DNA of 64,000 nucleotides from Octopus sinensis (GCF_006345805.1 NC_043003.1:74152001-74216000); one strand, 5' to 3'; shown: positions 39,144 to 52,361, counted from the stretch's first letter. Program-made: numbers and translations. The notes: generated by a model from the sequence alone, not told the origin.

Positions 39144-39259
39144 TATTATATATGTATGTATATATGTATGTATATATATATATATATATACGGTAAAGGA
39201 CGTATTATTGACTATATATATAGAGAGAGAGAGAGAAGAGAGAGAGAAAGAGAAAGAGA

Positions 39260-39305
<46 letters not shown>
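39058..39305. repeat. (AT)n followed by (GA)n microsatellites
   Basis: Dinucleotide runs. Confidence 0.95.
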
Positions 39306-39307
<2 letters not shown>

Positions 39308-40918
39308 AAGTCTGTTCAAAGCCACCCTTGGCCGAAACTTCAATGAAATGCAAGTAAAACTTCTACCGAACATCGTCTCTGAATAGATATACCAAAACGC
39401 ACTTTGTTCGATGGAATTGAGCATCAAGCGTTGGTTTTAAATTCGGTGAGACATTACATCTATTTCTGAACTACTCTCATTCTTTGTCCGAATTGATACT
39501 AACATTCTATGAATTCCAATGTATTGAACATGAAACATGAAGCAAATTCGGACGTTGTTTACTAGTTATATAAGTAGAAATGCTTGTAAGCATGAACAAA
39601 AAAAAACGAGAAAAGAAATTTATTCATTCTGTTTTAGTTACATGTTTCTGACCAAAGAAATACAACACATTCCACAAATAATAAAGAAAGGAAAAAAATC
39701 AAATATAAGTTTAAGAGAAATAACAATCTGGGTTAACAAATATAATATGTTTTCTATATTAAATTAAACCTTTTCTTTCTGTGAACAGAAAAATAAAGGA
39801 TAAAAATATCGCTCATACGTGTAAGATGAAGATGTGAAGAAAATCAATATGGAGAGTGAAAGTTATATTTAATTAGATTTAAACACGAAGTGTACTTAGT
39901 ACATTCTATAACTAACTAGAAACGCATACGCTAAAGTATGAAACAACATGGAAACAAATTAAATTGTACATGGACTAGAACATAATAAGAAAACATAAAC
40001 GCAAGCAAATCAGTAAGAGACTTCTGCTAACTATTTATTACTTTGAACAGGGAAAAGGCTAGTCCCCAAGAATAGATGTTCAGAAACAATACGAAAATTG
40101 AACTTTAATGTCGCCACATTCCAATAAATATACATGCATGCATACACACAAAAATACGTATCTATACACATATACTTATGTATGTATGCATATATACATA
40201 TACATATACATACATACATATATATATATATTCTTATATATATGTATATTTATATATATGTGTGTGTATACACACACACAAACATACATATATATATATA
40301 AATATAAATAAGGTTAACAATTAAGGATAATCTCTTAATAAGGGATCTTAACAAGAAATTATCGGGTAGCTAGCGTGAAAACCTCATAAAAGAAAAGAAT
40401 TCGAAAATAATTTTGTTTCCTTTTGAACAAATTAATTATATCTATATTGTATAGAGGGCATTATTACACATAAATGCCTCACACTAGGAGGGACAAAGTC
40501 ATTACTACCAAAATTATACTAATCATACCCAAATTCATTTGGGTATGATTAGTATAATTTTGGTAGTAATGACTTTGTCCCTCCTAGTGTGAGGCATTTA
40601 TGTGTAATAATGCCCTCTATACAATATAGATATAATTAATTTGTTCAAAAGGAAAAAAAATTATTTTCGAATTCTTTTCTTTTATGAGGTTTTCACGCTA
40701 GCTACCCGATACTTTCTTGTTAAGATCCCTTATTAAGAGATTATCCTTAATTGTTAACCTTATTCCGAAATACTTTTCATTACCCGACATGCAGTTCGTA
40801 AAAAGCCCGCCATTTACCGGATATATGATTTATAAACATTCCATGTGCTTGGCCGGAGTGAGCAGTTGTCTGTTCGTCTTCGCTACGTAAGGTTGGTAGT
40901 TTATTTATGATGTGTTCA

Positions 40919-40987
40919 GAATCAGTTCTGCTGACGATCATTAGACGTAAGTTGAATGTGAAATCACGGTGATACAGAACTAAATTC
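40919..40987 (+). ncRNA. Type I hammerhead ribozyme, copy 1
   Basis: Stem I AGTTCTG/CAGAACT (7 bp, plus GAAT/ATTC beyond an internal loop); CTGACGA 40931-40937; stem II (T)CATT..AATG(T); GAAA 40960-40963; stem III ATCAC-G-GTGAT; AUA site, cleavage predicted after 40974. Confidence 0.9.
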
Positions 40988-41399
40988 ATTTTTTAAATGT
41001 CTTGCATTGAAAAACTGCATTTGGGTATGATTAGTATAATTTTGGTAGTAATGACTTTGTCCCTCCTAGTGTGAGGCATTTATGTGTAATAATGCCCTCT
41101 ATACAATATAGATATAATTAATTTGTTCAAAAGGAAAAAAATTATTTTCGAATTCTTTTCTTTTATGAGGTTTTCACGCTAGCTACCCGATAATTTCTTG
41201 TTAAGATCCCTTATTAAGAGATTATCCTTAATTGGTAACCTTATTCCGAAATACTTTTCATTACCCGACATGCAGTTCGTAAAAAGCCCGCCATTTACCG
41301 GATATATGATTTATAAACATTCCATGTGCTTGGCCGGAGTGAGCAGTTGTCTGTTCGTCTTCGCTACGTAAGGTTGGTAGTTTATTTATGATGTGTTCA

Positions 41400-41468
41400 G
41401 AATCAGTTCTGCTGACGATCATTAGACGTAAGTTGAATGTGAAATCACGGTGATACAGAACTAAATTC
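41400..41468 (+). ncRNA. Type I hammerhead ribozyme, copy 2
   Basis: Identical motif 481 nt downstream; cleavage predicted after 41455. Confidence 0.9.
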
Positions 41469-41590
41469 ATTTTTTAAATGTCTTGCTTTGAAAAACTGCA
41501 TTTGGGTATGATTAGTATAATTTTGGTAGTAATGACTTTGTCCCTCCTAGTGTGAGGCATTTATGTGTAATAATGCCCTCTATACAATAT

Positions 41591-41709
<119 letters not shown>

Positions 41710-42254
41710 TGATTAAATATGTAGTTAGTGCTACAATACTGAAGAGATTTTTCTGTCCTTATTATTTGAAATATACTTGGAGGATAGAGAGGATACACCA
41801 TTGATAAGGTAGCAAATATGTTCGAACTTAAAAATAAATTGGTTGTCTAACCTACAGAGCAGCAACCGATCGAATACTCTTTTTAAAATCTAACCAACAG
41901 ACTATTAATTGAAAAGTGAAACTTCGCCTGCGCGTGTAACTAGTATTGGCGTAATGAACCTCCCTAGATGTAAAAAAAATTGCTTCAATACAATATTCCT
42001 CATAAAGTATCATGCAACACAAATTCAAAACCTTAGTATGTGTGTGTCGGGGTTGCGTACAGATAGAATTCCTATGTTTAGTAGAGTGACAATATTGTAA
42101 AAGAGAAATCGAGAAATGTAGTTTTCTTGTTATATGGGTGTCTCTCGGATGATACATGGTTTCCTTTAACAATTTTGAAATTCTAATTTGTGTTTCTCAA
42201 GTGATGATATTGTCAGAGAGGAATTGCAAATAAATTGGGAGAATATATATTTTA

Positions 42255-42338
<84 letters not shown>

Positions 42339-42629
42339 TATACGTGTGCATATAAGAGTGCATACATTAATATTTACAACGAACAGGGAAATGATTTGCA
42401 ATGTCTCCGAAATTTTAGTTTACTACCTAATCGTACACACATTTTGCAGAAAGATGAACGGACGTGAACAAAATGAATCTAAAATTATAACATTACTTTG
42501 TAATACAGACACAGGGCCTGAGATTTGGCGGGAGGGGTTAGTCTAATTAAATTGACTCTAGTTATTAACCGGTAGCTATCTCATCAACCTTGAAAGGATG
42601 AAATGCACGACCGTTTTTTAATCTACAAT

Positions 42630-43290
42630 ATAATCTACAATCTATAATCCAGAAGTATTGAGATTTTTTTTCAGCAGCGGTAGTTGTAATTGTCGTAGAT
42701 TATTGGAATTTTAGTATATCATTGCTATATATCTAATAAACCGACTTTCCACACTGTGTTATTTGAGATTGAAGGACACAGATGTAACAATACTTTGAAC
42801 ACGTCCTATTCAACACTACTGTCACAGTGACTAGTTTAGTCGGGCCGTTTCAAAGCGCGCTATGCAGTGAAAGTTTGTTTTAAACTGGACAAAAATACCA
42901 AAGAAAATTACGAAATAATCTAAACTGCTTATGAATAAAATTTTAGTCTACTACAAGAGGTTCAATTACGATAGAGAGGAGGTTAGAGAGGATGAGCTAC
43001 GTAGTAAGGAGAAGGACATCAGAAAATCAAAGCCGATTGAGATAATATGCTGTTCTCTGGATGAAAGCCGTCGTGTATCTCTAAGGATATAATTTGGAGT
43101 TAGTGAAGCAACTTACACAAAATTATCGTTAAAAATCTGAACAAGCGCAAAATGCCTGCAAAGTTTGTTCCAAGGGAGATCAGTGACAAGCATCTTGGTA
43201 CCCAACTACTTAATGGACATGGCTATCAAAACTGTGCCCCATCTTAGATGTAGTTAATACCTTGATTCCTGTGACTTTTGTTTGCTTCTC
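42630..43290 (+). mobile_element. Degraded, internally deleted mariner transposase remnant
   Basis: RYAVKVCFKLDK.., KNLNKRKMPAKFVPRE (WVPxxL equivalent), TVPH..DSCDF (PYSPDLAPCDF equivalent). Confidence 0.75.
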
Positions 43291-43299
43291 CAGTTGGAG

Positions 43300-43593
43300 G
43301 AGAACCCAGACGTCAGACAAATATCATGCCTCCTCATTGACATGTCTCTCTCAATCGACATAAATCTATATGTCAAGACCTACTGAGCAAATATAAAGAT
43401 CTTGAAATAGAAACTGGCAAAATGTGGAACATCAACAGTAAAACAATACCTGTTGTTATAGATGCCCTAGGAATAATTGCAAAAGGGGCTGATCCCTACC
43501 TATCTCTGTTTCCAGGAAACCTCAAATGGCGGAAATTCAAAAAATAGTGGTCAAGAAATTGCCCATATGCTACGTAAAATACTGTCTATGTAA
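43300..43593 (+). mobile_element. R4/Dong RLE C-terminal fragment
   Basis: CLLIDMS.., LSKYKDLEIETGKMW, TIPVVIDALGIIAKG, AEIQKIV..AHMLRK. Confidence 0.8.
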
Positions 43594-43619
43594 TTTTGGA
43601 AATTTAGTTTCTTTGCTGA

Positions 43620-45400
43620 TATGGAAACAAATAGGGAAACCGAAGCTGGGTGATGTCAGACATCGCTTCGAGTCTGCCAGCGAGCATGACCTGCCCGTGC
43701 TAGGAAATTTCATGGCTGAAACCAAAGTTCCAATGAGTAGAAAACGAAGCGCATTTCATTATACTGTCACCAAGATCCATGACCTGAATTTGTTGGGACG
43801 AAATACTATCCACACACGAAGAATTTCAGTAGACAATGCTTTTGGACTGAAATGCATAAACAGTCAAGACAAGAGCAAGTGTCCAAAAACATCACATCCT
43901 AAATCTTCTAACGGCCTTATTTTTCTCTGCAACGACATTACCAGAATCTCTGTGACAAATTTCCAGATCTTTTCACAGAAGAATTGGGATGTCTTAAGGA
44001 TTTCAGGCTGGAAGTGAACTTCAAGTCTGATGCGAAGCCGGTCCTTCGCAAGGCACAACCTGTTCCATTTGCTCTTCGTGCTGACCTGGCCAAAGGTTAC
44101 GAAGAAGCCATCGCAAAAGGACTCTGGTAGCAAGTCTAGCTCAACGAATACGCAACGCCAGTGGTACCGATTCGCAAATCACATAATTCGGACAATCTGA
44201 AGCCCAAAATACGGATTAGTAGTGATTACTCAGTTGGCATCAACAATCAACTAGAAGAAAACCGTCATCCAATACCACTCCCAGAGGAACTGATGCAGAA
44301 GCTAGTAGGTGGATGTCGTTATACGAAGATTGGCCTTGCTGATGCCTACAACCAGATCAAGCTGGCACCAGAGAGTTAACGAAGACATACACAGTAGAGT
44401 ACTTCAGCAACAACGACTTCCAATCAGCGCCTGGTTATTTCCATGAGATCATAGAAAACCTGACTAGTGATCTGCCTAGAGTTCCCGTTTTCCAAAACGA
44501 TATGCTCATCAAAGGGAAAGGCGCAAATAGCCACTTAAGCAACCTCAGGCGGCGTTTGCCCTCACGTCTGAAAAACGAAGGGCTCAAATGTCACTGTGAA
44601 AAGTGCTTGGCTCAAACCAATGTGGAATATCTTGTCCACACCTTATCAGCCGAAGGAATCGCAAAGGAATCCAAGGTCGAGCCAGTCATAAAGATGCTAC
44701 CCCCTATAGGCATCTAAATTTTAAATTTTAATTGTCTTTCTTGAAATAGATTCGATTCAGTTCTACGGCAAGTTTATCCCATACCTGACCACTATGACCT
44801 AGCCACTTCACTGTTTAATCAAGAAGGCAACTCCTTGGAAGCGGGGAGATGAAGAGCAAAGATGAAGAGCTTATTATCTCTAGATCAATTCATTCCACAT
44901 TTTAACGCGGACAAACCTCTCGGACTGGCTTGCATCATGGAATTTGAGCTGCCTTGTTTCATCGCTATCCGGATGGAAGTGAGCGCCCAAATGTCAGTGT
45001 CCAATAGTCTCCTGTCTGCAGAAAATCCACAAGAATGCCCTATCCATTATCTTTGGCTTGCGAAAATTCTACTAGTATCTGTAAAGACGTAAGTTCATAG
45101 TGGTGACTGATCATAACCAACTGACGGCCCAAGAAAAGTGACACCACTACTCGCACCCAACCAGCTAGCCCGATGAGCTTTGTGGCTGAACCAGTTTCAC
45201 TAGACAATTGATTACCGTAAAATAGCGGATTATGACATTGCCGATGCTTTCAGTCACTTCCCACTTGGAAATAGCAACACATTCGACAAGGAAGAAAGTG
45301 GTGAAGACATGCATATGGTGTGCGCCATTAGAGTTCTCAGTCTTCGAGTCAAACCTTTAGATGGAAACATCTTCCCACAAGAATCTGGGAAAGACCCAGT
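43620..45400 (+). mobile_element. Degraded Ty3/Gypsy pol (protease end, RT, RNase H)
   Basis: LNLLGRN; KAQPVPFALR; ATPVVPIRK..IRISSDYSVGINNQL..HPIPLPEELM..YTKIGLADAYNQIKL; FNADKPLGLAC; VTDH; no LTRs found. Confidence 0.9.
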
Positions 45401-45414
45401 GATAAATTACAGCG

Positions 45415-46175
45415 ATGCACTATATCTCCGAACAGTTGCTACCGAAGCACACCGAGACCAATGAGGAAATAGAAATGTTCCTGAAGGTGTTAGATCCACT
45501 CAATATCAACCACAGATTCTTCATCTATGTGTCAAGAGTCGTGACCCATATATCCTTGAGTCCAATATCCTTGATATTGGACACATATAGGACATTTCGA
45601 CACGTATGAGGGAATTAATAAGAACCGCTGTTTATTGGTCCGGTAAACAGACTTTATTCCAGAAGCAATGAGGCCAGTTTACTAATTGACATGAGCATAC
45701 CCTGTGACCATAATATCTCGGCAAAAGTATTTGATAAGCTCGGAAAATATAAAGCTCTGCTAATCGAAATCAACAAGACGTGGCATCTGCGGACGGTTAG
45801 AATACCAGTGATTGTAGGAAAACTTAGAATGATCAAAGGAGGAAAGGAAAGTTATTTAGGAATGATCCTTGGCTTACAATGCACGCAGGAAGTGCAAAAG
45901 ATTCTCTTAACTGGTATATCACACGTATCGAGGAGAGCATCATCGCTGTAAAAGTTTATTTCCTTTTATCCTCTTTATTTGTTCACTTTTCTAATTTTAT
46001 TTTCTCCTTTTTTCTCTGTAAATGACTCTGTAAATGAATACTCTGGTGTGTTTGTCTTAATGGCCTGTCAAGGTATACAGTATGCCCTAGATGTCAGGAA
46101 GACACTGGTCAAGAAACGGAAACAGAATTGAAAGAAGTTGCTAATGAATCTGACAATAATAATAATAATAATAAC

Positions 46176-46229
<54 letters not shown>
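45415..46229 (+). mobile_element. R4/Dong LINE 3' fragment ending in (AAT)n
   Basis: LLIDMSIPCDHNISAKVFDKLGKYKALLIEINKTWHLRTVRIPVIVG..EVQKILLTG; 3' UTR then AAT repeats 46156-46229. Confidence 0.85.
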
Positions 46230-47663
46230 CGTAAGAAGAAGAAGAACAACAACAACAACAGCAGGAGCTACAACAACAATAAAAACAGCTGCAAGCTGAT
46301 TTTGATTTGTACATAAGTTCTAAGTCAGGCACATCCATCTAATATCTATTTTCATTAACTGTGATCGTATATATTTGTAGCTATACCAATATCGTTATTA
46401 AGATTCTAAGTGCTCATCATAATCCATGCAATTTATGTCATCTAATAGTGGCAAGTTACCGTAAATAGATTTTCTAAGATATCTTAATATAAACTACCAC
46501 CGCTGTATCTATCTATTCTAAAATTAGTCAAGTCTGTACTTTATAATATTCACCATCCTTATCTTTTACATTAATTATGTCAATGACAATTTGCATATGC
46601 TCTGTATTTATATCTAACATTATTATTGCCAAGATATTATGTAGTCGGTGATAAACTTATTAACGTATTTGAATGTGGGATGTAGAGTTGAATAGCGTAA
46701 TTATAGATATCATAATTTGGTGGTATCGTGTTGATGGAGTAGGTTGCACAATAATAAAATCCTTATTATTTTATAATACTCGTTTATGCGTATCAAATCT
46801 AACTGATGTTTGATCAAACCATCGTTTTAATGCGTATTGATAAATTTGCAATTTGTGCAATAGGCTTTATTAAACATTGCATGCTGGTTTGGGAAAAGAA
46901 ATATATAATTCAGAGATCGTAGAAAATATATCTGTACGTAATACAGAAAAAACTAAAAATTAATAGTAATTATCCTGGTAATAAATTTAAGCATAATTTG
47001 TCACGGCAATGTTAGCTCTAAAGGAAAGAAAAAATAACAATATGTTGTTTTATTTCAGGCTGTCACTTCCTCTAAAATCAGCAATTGCAAAATTAACCAC
47101 CATTAATTAAAGACCATTAATGACTGCACCCAATCAGAGCAACCAAAGTCAAATATAAAATAATTAAAGTTCACTGACACTGAGAGGTAACTACTCGAAA
47201 AAGAAAAAGAAAGATTTATAAGTACTAGCCAAATCCAATCGAATCGCAAATTTGCGTAACGGATGGAAAAAGTGAAGCATTAAATAGCAGAGACTCATAT
47301 ATGCCAGTCTTCGTGATGTTAATATGAATATGATCTTTCCGTGGCAAGAAGCATCTGGACGTTAATGAGAATCAGTGGGCTTCATTACACGTGCTCCCGA
47401 TCGCCAGCTGTGAGCAATGGAAGTTACGAAATGAGTACCTTTAAAATGGTGCAGAAACCAACTCCCTCTCCTATGGTACAACTAGGAAACAATTGACCTC
47501 ACCATGTCAGGCTGCTCTATCATAACCTCAGCTCAGCGTGTTAATTACAATGATAGTCTTGGTCAGGATTGGACTTAAATATGAAAACAAATGTTCGAAA
47601 ATCCCAGCAGAATATGAAGATATCGCATTTCTTTGGACTTTAATATTCAAACTTAAAGTGCTA

Positions 47664-48912
47664 CGAAGAGTCGGCTGAACTGAAAAATCTTCTGTCATGA
47701 AATGAAACCAAATGAGGTTTAGTTTTCAACATAGACGACCTTGTGGCCCACATACACATCTTCCATCGCTGTTGCAGTGCTTGAATACCATTGGTAAAGG
47801 AGCTTTCATCCTGTTGGATGAAAGCAAAAAAAGTCATGGACGGCACATATGACTCACCATCACCGTCCAAGTGTTTTTTAATAAGGTGGTTCAGTTGATA
47901 GAGAGATGAAGCAAAGCCAGGAGAATGATGATCTTATCAACAAAGCCAAGGGACAGTCATGCCCATCAGCCATTGGAACAAAGTACTTGTGTGCTGGAGC
48001 ATTGTTCTGATGAAACAAATCTCCTTTCACCAATTTTCCTGGGCGTATAATCTTGATCACCTGTTGTAACTGCCTCAGCAATTTCGCAAAGTTCTCCCTA
48101 TTGATGATGCAGCCCTTTTGAATATACTCAATGAACAAAAACATCCCCCAAAACTGCTGCCGTCACCTTCATTGCAGATGAAATGACACTGGCTTTCATT
48201 AGAACAGGTGAAGAGCGATAGTGCCATGGCATAAATTGTAACTTTGCCTTAGTGTCCAAGTGATGACGCTAACCCTCATGCTGGGCTAGAAAACATTCAA
48301 GGAAATAAAATGGATCTGCCTGAAACAACGTTAGATTTCCCTGGTGCGCTTTTGATTGGGTGTCAGCGGACGTGTAATCCATCGAGGATAGACCTTCGTC
48401 ATGCCAAGTTTATTGCGCAGAATATTCTCAACTCTCTCACAGTAAATGCTAATAACAGTTGCTATGTGATTTATTGTCATACACCTGTCATCTATCAACA
48501 TCTGGTCAACACGATCAACAATTTTCCTCGGTGACGGCAGTTGTAGGACGTCCTGACCTTGGGTCGTCTTCGAGACTCACTTTCCCTCCTAAATTCAACT
48601 GCCAACTTTTGCGCAGTTGACCAAGCTGAATCTGCATCACCTTATCTAGCACTCATGTCAATATGAATGTCCTCGGTGACTAAACCATTTTCCAGCAGGT
48701 TATTGATAAACATGACGATGCCTAAACTTGTCGATAGGAGCCGCTAATATTTTAATTTAATGTCTTCTATGAACTTATAGATATGTTTACCTGGTGGGGG
48801 GTAACAATGCCGTTATAAACAGAAAGTGTTAAAATTAATGCATGCAACATTTCACGAGTCTGGCATCACTCTATCATAGTCACCCAATGTACCTTTCAGG
48901 CCCACGCCCACA
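47664..48912 (-). mobile_element. Degraded full-length mariner (~1.25 kb)
   Basis: ORFs 47878-48144 (IEYIQKGCIIN..LRQL..IRPGKLVKGDLFHQNNAPAH) and 47661-47870 (FTNGIQALQQRWKMC); eroded TIR-like ends next to TA. Confidence 0.85.
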
Positions 48913-49544
48913 TATTTTGACCAACCAATCAGATATTGTGGTGAAAAATCTCATTTCCAATAAAACTTTGTTCATTGATTGATATATCTCGCTTAGCAGA
49001 TAACAAATCCTCTGTGAAAATTTTGAATATTTAAGTAAGGAAAAGAAATAATATTAAAATGGAACTCTCAAAAATGTAGAGTCTAAGAACGGTACTTTTA
49101 TCTGCGATCATCGTAGCTTTGAAGATAATACCAAATAGCGTTCTGAGTTAATTTGATAAAATATTAGGGAACAAAATGTGTTCTCTTGGCTACATATGCT
49201 ATCTTAAAAAACAAAAGTGTCAACCCGAGGACATGAATATTTAAAAATCTATTAAAGTCACCTTTACAGGGAAGTTTAAGCAATATCTTAATTCTCGGTA
49301 TTTTTCCCTTCCTACATTGTTGGATAACACCAACAATGAAATGCCAACTCATTGGTATTTGAGATCCCTGTTTGAGATATGGAACAGCTCGTATAAGAAA
49401 GGCAACAACATAAACAAAAACATAATGACGATAATAATAATGATAATGATAATACTAATAAAGAAGAATAGTACTATTGTTAATAATAGTGATGGCTGTA
49501 GTAGTAGTAGTAGTAGTAGTTGCAGTACTAACAACAATCCTTTC

Positions 49545-49640
49545 TACTATAGGCACATGGCCCAAAACTTTGTCGACCTCAGTGGAATTTGAACTCAGAA
49601 TGTGATGACAGGTGAAATATCGTTAAGTTCTTCCATTGTG
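49545..49640 (-). mobile_element. SINE fragment
   Basis: GTCGACCTCAGTGGAATTTGAACTCAGAA, same family as 31876-32128. Confidence 0.65.
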
Positions 49641-49689
49641 CTAGAGTTTCTACCAGCTCACCATCTTAATATTAACGATGATATTAATA

Positions 49690-50580
49690 AGGAGAAGAAG
49701 AATAATTACGCAACGATGGACTACGCAATCAATTCCATATAGATACAACGGAAGTTGCTGCAAAGAATAGGTGGGATTGGCTGATGAAAGAAACACTAAA
49801 AAATAAAAGAGACCGGGAGCATTATACTGGTAGTGCAAGACCAAGCTTTGGCCATGAACTGGAGGGTCAGCCTTAGGAATGAGCAAGTGTATCCGTTGTG
49901 CCGCATCTACAATAGAGCGGATTAATCCATTGCATATATCACAAACGAATGCTCTAGATTGCCCCAAACCAGTAAAATTTGTGGGGACACGATCAGGTAG
50001 CGAAAGTTCTAAAGTGGAAACTGTGCGGAGCTAGGGAGAGGCAAGACATGGTGTGAGTAAACCTTGCAGAGAATGGTGGAGATAGGGACGAGCAAAATCC
50101 TCTGGGATTTCCCAATCTAAACAGATGAGAAGCTAGAAAGTAACAGATCGGACCAAGCTGTGGTGGACATGATGCACTACATATCCTATATAGTTGATGT
50201 TACATGCCACTTTATCCACGAATAAACAACAAGGAAGACGGTAAGATAAATGAAAAAGGTGAAGATAGTACTAATTATTGTTGGGTTATTGGGAACACTA
50301 TTAAAAGGCATGAAGAAGAATATTAAGGAGATTGGAATAGAATGCCCAGTAGAACTGTTTTGCCTACTTGGCACGGTCAGAATAATCAGTAAAGTTTTAG
50401 ATAACTGGAAAGAATGGATAGCTTGGTAGGGTAGGCTTCAGGTAGCAAACCAACCACGCATGTTAGACTCTAGGAGCTTCAATAAACATGCGATAAAAAA
50501 ATATTAATAATAATATTAATGTTAATAATTAATATTAATATAAATCAATTAATATTCATATAAATATTAATATTAATATT

Positions 50581-50611
<31 letters not shown>

Positions 50612-50620
50612 AATAATAAC

Positions 50621-50658
<38 letters not shown>

Positions 50659-50662
50659 TAAT

Positions 50663-50729
<67 letters not shown>

Positions 50730-50730
50730 T
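49690..50730 (+). mobile_element. R4/Dong LINE 3' fragment ending in a long (AAT)n
   Basis: QDQALAMN..PLCRI; KILWDFPI*TDEKLESNRSD; MKKVKIVLIIVGLLG..CLLGTVRIISKVL; AAT repeats ~50505-50730. Confidence 0.8.
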
Positions 50731-51463
50731 CTTTATGAACCACTAAGAGTTAAAAAAACACAAAAGACCGTAGAAGATAATACAACATGGTTTGCATAAA
50801 ATGGAGCATGTAAAGAGAGAAAATGATGAAATAAATTTTAACAATGAAACATTCCCCTAACTCGCTCCATCCTTCACTTGACAGCAGATGTTCGACATAA
50901 ACCCACAAGTTAGCAATGCTGGTGTACTGGACTAGAGCATGCAGAATGATTTTGTCGCTCAGCGCTCATCTCGAGCTAGACTGTCTCATGACACTTCCAT
51001 GCCAGTATATTTTATCCAGAACCGACTATCCCCAAATCATCAGTAACAAAGTCATTGCAATTTAAAAAGTCAGAGAATAGTGTTTCCTTGCCTCCTTCTC
51101 TATGTAAAATCGCACCTCTTCAGTGCCATATTGTTTTCCACAAGCAACGTACTCTTCACTGGTCTTAGATATTGTTAAATTTGTTGCCATGTCGCCTGTT
51201 CTGGTTTCTGACTGTTTAATCCCAGCCTTCTATTTAATATTGCCTTTCTGCGTATCTACTCTACAATGGCTTTGGGCTTGTTAATAGAAACCATTCTTCC
51301 ACTTCATTTTAACATGCAACTTGCATTTTTAAATCATCCATTGAGAGCTTTATATTTTCACGTGCTTGACGCACCGCATCGGTGAATACATTAACGGTTG
51401 ATTTGTGGCTTATGCCATTTTCAGCGACTGTGTTGGCATTAATGGCGGTAGTAGTGGCGGTGA

Positions 51464-51900
51464 TTGAATTTGTACATGTCTCCGAAAATATATAAAAGTT
51501 ATGCGGCCCTTATGATAGCATTCAAGAGTAATTCAACATTTCGCAAATATCTCCTTCGAGTAAAACCACCAATAGAAGAGAATAGGATGAAAGACTGCGT
51601 GTACTCCATCCCATGCCGCTGTGTTAGGTTATACAAAGGCGCAACATGCCGCCCCTTCAAAATAAGGGTAGAGGAACATCGCAAAGCTGTGACACGAGGA
51701 GATATTGATAAATCGGGTATAGCTGATAATGTATGGAAAAATGGTGACCACCTCCTGCTGTGGGATGAAATTAAAATAATAGATAGAAAGTACCACTGAA
51801 AAATACGAAAACTAAAAGAAGCAACACATATGCTAGGACACAACAACCTCCTAAGCAGATGAGTACAGATATGAGCAGTATATGGGCACCGCTATTAAGA
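51464..51900 (+). mobile_element. Poseidon/Penelope-type PLE GIY-YIG fragment
   Basis: CVYSIPCRCVRLYKGATCRPFKIRVEEH..KSGIADNVWKNGDH..WDEIKII..KIRKLKEA. Confidence 0.85.
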
Positions 51901-52281
51901 AAAGATAGAAAATATAGATTTATAAGCCCTAAAATTCACTCCATAATTGCCTACGGGCAAATGGCGTAGTATTTAATTCGGCACACACGCCTAAATATTA
52001 CATTATACGGGTTTGCATATACACTTATAATCATGCATATACATGCATCTCTTACTATATATATGCATTTATATGCCAAGGTGGTATGGAATCAACATTC
52101 AATATGAAAATATTAACAAATGTATTAAACTACTTTTTCAGTAGAGATGTAAGAACGAATCACGCCTCCACACAAAATATACATACATTTTATGCATGTA
52201 AGTGTGAGTGTATGAATGTGTCTGTGTATATGTGTGCATGTATATTTATGATATGTGTGTATGTATATATGTATGCTTCTA

Positions 52282-52361
<80 letters not shown>

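Larger units (their letters stand above)
40307..41590 (+). mobile_element. Retrozyme-like element: 481/482-bp tandem repeat (2 units + partial third) with a 228-bp inverted 5' arm, flanked by (TA)n
   Basis: Units start at 40537, 41019 and 41500; 40307-40534 is the reverse complement of 40537-40764; a handful of differences between copies; one HHR per complete unit. Confidence 0.9.

Noticed and set aside
40780-41470. Duplicated 69-aa minus-strand ORF (MNLVLYHRDF..)
   Set aside because: Antisense to the ribozyme, has a non-ATG start, no recognisable domain; duplicated only because of the tandem repeat
40307-41590. CRISPR array or pure assembly artefact interpretation
   Set aside because: No repeat-spacer pattern. 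An artefact is not fully excluded, but copy-specific differences, the intact ribozyme and the parallel older element at 37113-37736 favour a real structure
50960-51220. Weak Tc1 N-terminal resemblance on the minus strand
   Set aside because: No DDE motifs or TIRs identified
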